Source: a virus. From it: a DNA stretch of 43,282 bases. The notes beneath the pieces were generated by a model. The model had not been told where the DNA came from, searched no databases, and saw only the letters and a list, made by a program, of their open reading frames with translations. Below are positions 39,664 through 43,282 of this stretch, one piece after another. The stretch spans positions 1 through 43,282 of IMG/VR virus record IMGVR_UViG_3300003690_000021; one strand, written 5' to 3'. The first letter of the stretch is position 1, and every line of letters begins with the position of its first letter. The position numbers were made by a program, and so were the translations under genes.

Positions 39664-42060
39664 ATGCCAATTAATACGGACCTGCCCACGATCAAACCGC
39701 CATCGGCGCTTGATTTGGCGGGTGGCGTGACCAGCCCATCGCCGACGCGCGATCTAGTGGATGACGTGACTATACCGCCGCCGGCGCTTGATACAGCACC
39801 TGATCCGAGTGCTGTGACCGGCTTGCCTGAGCCAGATCTTACACCGTTTGGTGAGAAACAGGTCAGCCGTTGGGACATCCCGATGGTGCGGCAGGCCACC
39901 GATATTATCGGCAAGGACATCGAACGCGCTGGCAGAGAAGCGGAGGTCAGGCTTGGGGAGCACCACGCCCAACGTGGTACAGTTGGCAGTTCGATTGAGA
40001 GCTGGAGCATGCAGGAGATGCTTGGCAACCTGGAGACAGAACGCCAACGCCGACTGTTCGATTTGAACCGCGAAATGGCGAGCACGTTCGCGGCTGACCG
40101 TGCGACGGGCGCACAGATTGGACTGCAACAGGCTCAGTTCGGCGAAGCGCAGCGTCAGTTTGATGTGTCGACCGGTCTCGACGAGCGCGCACTGCAGCTA
40201 CAAGGTCTTGGCATGGACCGAGAAGAGGCATACAAATATGCGAGCCTTGAGCAGCAAGCTGGCCAGTTCGGCGAGCAGCTCGGCCAGCGCGAGTCGGAGT
40301 TCGGGCGCGAGTTCGGGCTCAGTGGCGAATCATTGCAGCTTGAGGTTAACCGGTTGCAGCAGCAGGCTAAGACCGAGGGCCGCAGTCTCGACGTTACGGA
40401 AGCGATCTCTGAGGCTGAGATCGGTCTACGGGCCCAGCAACTGCAGCAGCAGGCTAAGACCGAGGGCCGCTCGCTCGAGCTTGAGGAGGCCCGACAAACT
40501 GCTCAGCAAGAACAATTCGACTCCTCACTCAACTGGCAGCGTGAGCAGTTCGCTCAAACGAGCGGGTTGAGCCGGGAGCAGCTCGCTCTCCAGCGTGACG
40601 AGTTCACAGCCGAGTACGGGGACCGTCAATCTGAACGCTTGCACCAGATGGGCATACAGACGAGCACCCAACAGTTTGCGGGTGCCCAGGCGACTCTCGA
40701 CCGCGAGCAACTGAACATCGACCGCGTGTTCCAGAACGCGCTCCAAACATCGAGCGAGGAACATCAGCTGTTGGTGCAGCAAGCCGATCAGGCGTTTACC
40801 GACTCAGAGGCTAAACTAGACCGTGCTCAGCAGACTGCGCTCCAAGAGGGTACGATCGAGGCGAATCAGGCGTTCCGGGACGTTGAGCGAGAATATGAAA
40901 TCAACCAGGCTAGACTAGAACGTGCTCAACAGACTGCGCTCCAGTCTGCTGACCAAGCGCAGCAAGAGGAGTACCAGAAGGTGGCGCTGAAGCATGGTAC
41001 CGCGCAGGCCAACTTGGATCGGACGCAACAAAAGTTCCTGCAAGAGAACTCCCAGGAGTGGACGACTGAGCAGGCTGCACTGGACCGTAGCCAGAACGAG
41101 CTAGACCGGGTTCAACAGACTGCGCTCCAGACTACCGACCAATCCTTCCAGACGCAGTACCAGACGGACGCAAACAATTTCGCGGTAGCAAAGGCTGCAC
41201 TAGACCGTGCTCAGCAGACTGTGCTTCAGGAGGATATGCTCGCGTCGAACAAGGCGATGCGGGACGTTGAGCGAGAATTTGAAATCAACCAGGCTAAACT
41301 AGAACGTGCTCAACAGACTGCGCTCCAGGAGGGTACGATCGATGCGAACAAGGCGCTCCAAGACGTTGAGCGGGAATTTGAAATCAGCCAGGCTAAACTA
41401 GACCGTGTTCAACAGACTGCGCTCCAGACGGGTACGATCGATGCGAACAAGGCGCTCCAAGACGCACAGACGGAACACAGCGCCGCAGAGGCAAAGTTTG
41501 ATCGTACTCAACAGACGCTAATGCAAACGTCGGCCCAAGAGCAGCAGACTGCGCTCCAGACGAGTGTACAGAAACACGATAAGGCAGAGTCCGCGCTTGA
41601 CCGAACGCAGCAGAAGGCGATGCGGGACGTTGAGCGAGAATTTGAAATCAACCAGGCTAGACTAGACCGTCTTCTGGAGAGCCGCGCGATCGATTATCAG
41701 AAACTTGGAATAAACGTTGAGCAATCTTGGCGGGATGCCGATCGCGACCTCAAGAAACAGCTGGATGAACGTTCGCTTGCTATGGCAGAGACAGACTTGA
41801 AGCAGGAAGACAAATATCGTGAGGCGGTGATACACCTTGATACGGAGAACCTCAAGTACCAACGCGATGCTCAGGAGCAGCAAGCCGAACTGAGCAGGTG
41901 GGATATCTTCCTGAGGGCGCTGACTATGGGGGCGTATGACGAGTGGCCTGGTGATGAGGATCCGAACCTCCCGACTTTCACCCCACTCGGGAAGATCACC
42001 CCGTTCGACTGGCCAGAGCCAGAGATAGAGGCAGAGCCAGAGTCAGGGGGCGTCGTATGA
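39664..42060 (+). CDS. Long Gln/Ala/Glu-rich coiled-coil internal virion protein candidate
   Basis: 798 aa. It contains about a dozen LDR(A/T/V)QQT(A/V)LQ units and DVEREFEINQA(K/R)L repeats. Confidence 0.55.
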   Translation: MPINTDLPTIKPPSALDLAGGVTSPSPTRDLVDDVTIPPPALDTAPDPSAVTGLPEPDLTPFGEKQVSRWDIPMVRQATDIIGKDIERAGREAEVRLGEHHAQRGTVGSSIESWSMQEMLGNLETERQRRLFDLNREMASTFAADRATGAQIGLQQAQFGEAQRQFDVSTGLDERALQLQGLGMDREEAYKYASLEQQAGQFGEQLGQRESEFGREFGLSGESLQLEVNRLQQQAKTEGRSLDVTEAISEAEIGLRAQQLQQQAKTEGRSLELEEARQTAQQEQFDSSLNWQREQFAQTSGLSREQLALQRDEFTAEYGDRQSERLHQMGIQTSTQQFAGAQATLDREQLNIDRVFQNALQTSSEEHQLLVQQADQAFTDSEAKLDRAQQTALQEGTIEANQAFRDVEREYEINQARLERAQQTALQSADQAQQEEYQKVALKHGTAQANLDRTQQKFLQENSQEWTTEQAALDRSQNELDRVQQTALQTTDQSFQTQYQTDANNFAVAKAALDRAQQTVLQEDMLASNKAMRDVEREFEINQAKLERAQQTALQEGTIDANKALQDVEREFEISQAKLDRVQQTALQTGTIDANKALQDAQTEHSAAEAKFDRTQQTLMQTSAQEQQTALQTSVQKHDKAESALDRTQQKAMRDVEREFEINQARLDRLLESRAIDYQKLGINVEQSWRDADRDLKKQLDERSLAMAETDLKQEDKYREAVIHLDTENLKYQRDAQEQQAELSRWDIFLRALTMGAYDEWPGDEDPNLPTFTPLGKITPFDWPEPEIEAEPESGGVV
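40813..41670 (+). repeat. Array of coding repeats, including four ~66-nt copies that look more than 90 percent identical by eye
   Basis: gacgttgagcgagaat(a/t)tgaaatcaaccaggcta(g/a)actaga(a/c)cgtgctcaacagactgcgctccag occurs near 40879, 41266, 41362 and 41626. Confidence 0.8.
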
Positions 42061-42752
42061 GTCCACTAAGAAACCCGTGGGGCGATCCTGGTGCTACACC
42101 AGAGTTATCGCCTGATCGGACACGGACCGCCAAGCCGCGAAACCCGTGGGGCGATCCTGGTGCTACACCAGAGCTATCGCCTGATCGGACACGGACCGCC
42201 AAGCCGCGACAAACGGATTGGGAAAGAAACATTGAGCTGAATGAAAGAGCTAGGCGGATGCAAGCGTTTTATGAGCCGGCATGGTACGGTCAGCCCTCGT
42301 CGTATGACATGATGTACCCGTACCAACGCGATCGGTCAGTGTCGGATTCAGGGGTCTCTTCCTCTGGTATGCTGCCCCCTCCAACAATAGGCGGTTTCGC
42401 GACTCCGGGGCCGACTCCCTACACGCTGGAGGAAGCGAAAGCCGCATCGGAGCAATTATCTCGATCCGCCCTCGGCAGTAGGGGTGCTGAGGAGTATCTG
42501 GGAACTCCCGAGCAGATGGTAGCGACGTCTGGGCGTGTAGCCGATATGTGGCGTCAGGAGCAAGCATACGGAGGCCCCCCGATCGGGATGGCCAATCTCG
42601 ATAAGTACGGTCAAGGGCAACTGGAGAACTACGGGATGGGGGAACTGCGTCACTACGGTCAGGGCGATCAAGATCAAGTAAGTAACTATGGGGTGGGTAG
42701 GAGGGCCGGGTATCGGCCTATGATGAGGGACGAATTCCTACGTCGGAGGTAG
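42057..42752 (+). CDS. Hypothetical virion protein with a perfect 23-aa tandem duplication
   Basis: ATGA overlap with the upstream gene. RNPWGDPGATPELSPDRTRTAKP occurs twice. Confidence 0.5.
   Translation: MSPLRNPWGDPGATPELSPDRTRTAKPRNPWGDPGATPELSPDRTRTAKPRQTDWERNIELNERARRMQAFYEPAWYGQPSSYDMMYPYQRDRSVSDSGVSSSGMLPPPTIGGFATPGPTPYTLEEAKAASEQLSRSALGSRGAEEYLGTPEQMVATSGRVADMWRQEQAYGGPPIGMANLDKYGQGQLENYGMGELRHYGQGDQDQVSNYGVGRRAGYRPMMRDEFLRRR
42070..42207 (+). repeat. Two 69-bp tandem repeats (68/69 identical)
   Basis: Unit 1 is 42070-42138 and unit 2 is 42139-42207, with a single T/C difference. Confidence 0.9.
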
Positions 42753-42756
42753 AGTA

Positions 42757-43282
42757 ATGCCACAGGGAATCGGATACGGAGGCAGAAGGCCCAGGATGCC
42801 TATGCCTGGGATGCCTGGAATGCCTGGACAGGGTGCTGGGATGCCTGGAATGCAGTACGGACGGGGTGCTGGGATGCCTGGAATGCCTGGACAGGGTGCT
42901 GGGATGCCTGGAATGGGTGGTGGTTATAGGGCTATGGAGCTTGGCAACATGTTTAATCAGTTAGGTGGTGGACCAGATCCTAATCAGGGCATCGGTGTTC
43001 CTCTTCCTGGTTGGGCACAGCAGGGCGGTCGTCGCCCGTGGGATGATATGGCGATGCCGGATATCGGCGGTGCTGGAGGTTATCCGGGCCCGATGATACA
43101 GCAGCGACCCATCGGTGCTCTTGATTGGGCTCAGATGGGCGCAGGGGCTGCGACAGACATCGCGAATTGGTGGGAGAGCAAGCAGGAGCGGGATGCTCGC
43201 GAGAGAGAGTTCGCGCTGAGTAGGGAGGATGAGACACGGCGCCTGAGGAACAGAGGTCAAGCTTGGGCGGCGGCGACGAGGA
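42757..43282 (+). CDS. Gly/Met/Pro-rich repeat protein; continues through the junction to stop at 94-96
   Basis: ATG 42757 lies 5 nt after the previous stop. The protein has GMPGMPGQGAGMPGM repeats (42795-42915). The ORF is still open at the window end. Confidence 0.5.
   Translation, partial: MPQGIGYGGRRPRMPMPGMPGMPGQGAGMPGMQYGRGAGMPGMPGQGAGMPGMGGGYRAMELGNMFNQLGGGPDPNQGIGVPLPGWAQQGGRRPWDDMAMPDIGGAGGYPGPMIQQRPIGALDWAQMGAGAATDIANWWESKQERDAREREFALSREDETRRLRNRGQAWAAATR
43192..43282. repeat. Terminal direct repeat, right copy (identical to 1-91)
   Basis: Direct comparison of the two window ends. Confidence 0.95.

Noticed and set aside
40813-42207. A CRISPR-like array or a non-coding satellite.
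   Set aside because: All the tandem or periodic repeats (661-705, 1803-2126, 40813-41670, 42070-42207, 42795-42915) are in frame inside long ORFs. Their units are multiples of 3 and there is no repeat-spacer alternation. They are coding repeats.

Overview
The window is one complete tailed dsDNA phage genome, not a chromosomal segment. Bases 1-91 are repeated exactly at 43192-43282, so the unique length is 43,191 bp, and one gene reads through the junction. Two transcription arms diverge from a control region near 20.1 kb and converge at 8727/8730. The rightward (+) arm carries, in order: an XRE/Cro-like HTH protein, a replisome-organiser-like protein, small and large terminase, and a LuxR-HTH/T5orf172 fusion. 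Next come portal, scaffold, major capsid, a beta-helix protein, a tail fibre with an S74 chaperone domain, and a nozzle-like protein. A block of repeat-rich presumed internal/ejection proteins follows, wraps the junction and ends in an 1817-aa polyvalent protein. The arm closes with a lysis cassette built around an M15 endolysin. The leftward (-) arm (20070 down to 8730) holds about 26 mostly small, translationally coupled early/middle genes. They include an ArdC-like protein, a GHKL-ATPase/SprT-like fusion, a PD-(D/E)XK exonuclease, an SSB-like protein, a DnaB-like helicase and an Hjc-like resolvase. I found no integrase, complete tRNA, rRNA, CRISPR array or transposase, and no tail tube, sheath or tape-measure gene, so a lytic, short-tailed (T7-like layout) phage is the most economical reading; this is inference only. 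The most interesting signals are: (1) four near-consensus early promoters that share a TAACC-N5-GGTTA palindrome in the spacer; (2) a GHKL-ATPase/zincin fusion and its small neighbour, each preceded by the same exact 62-bp leader; (3) the 1817-aa virion protein with an ADP-ribosyltransferase-like segment and Gly/Ala-rich hydrophobic segments; (4) a 53/54-identical inverted coding repeat 20.7 kb apart; (5) (CCA)n leaders and a GC-hairpin family in front of six early genes. All functional calls rest on motifs read by eye and no database search was run.
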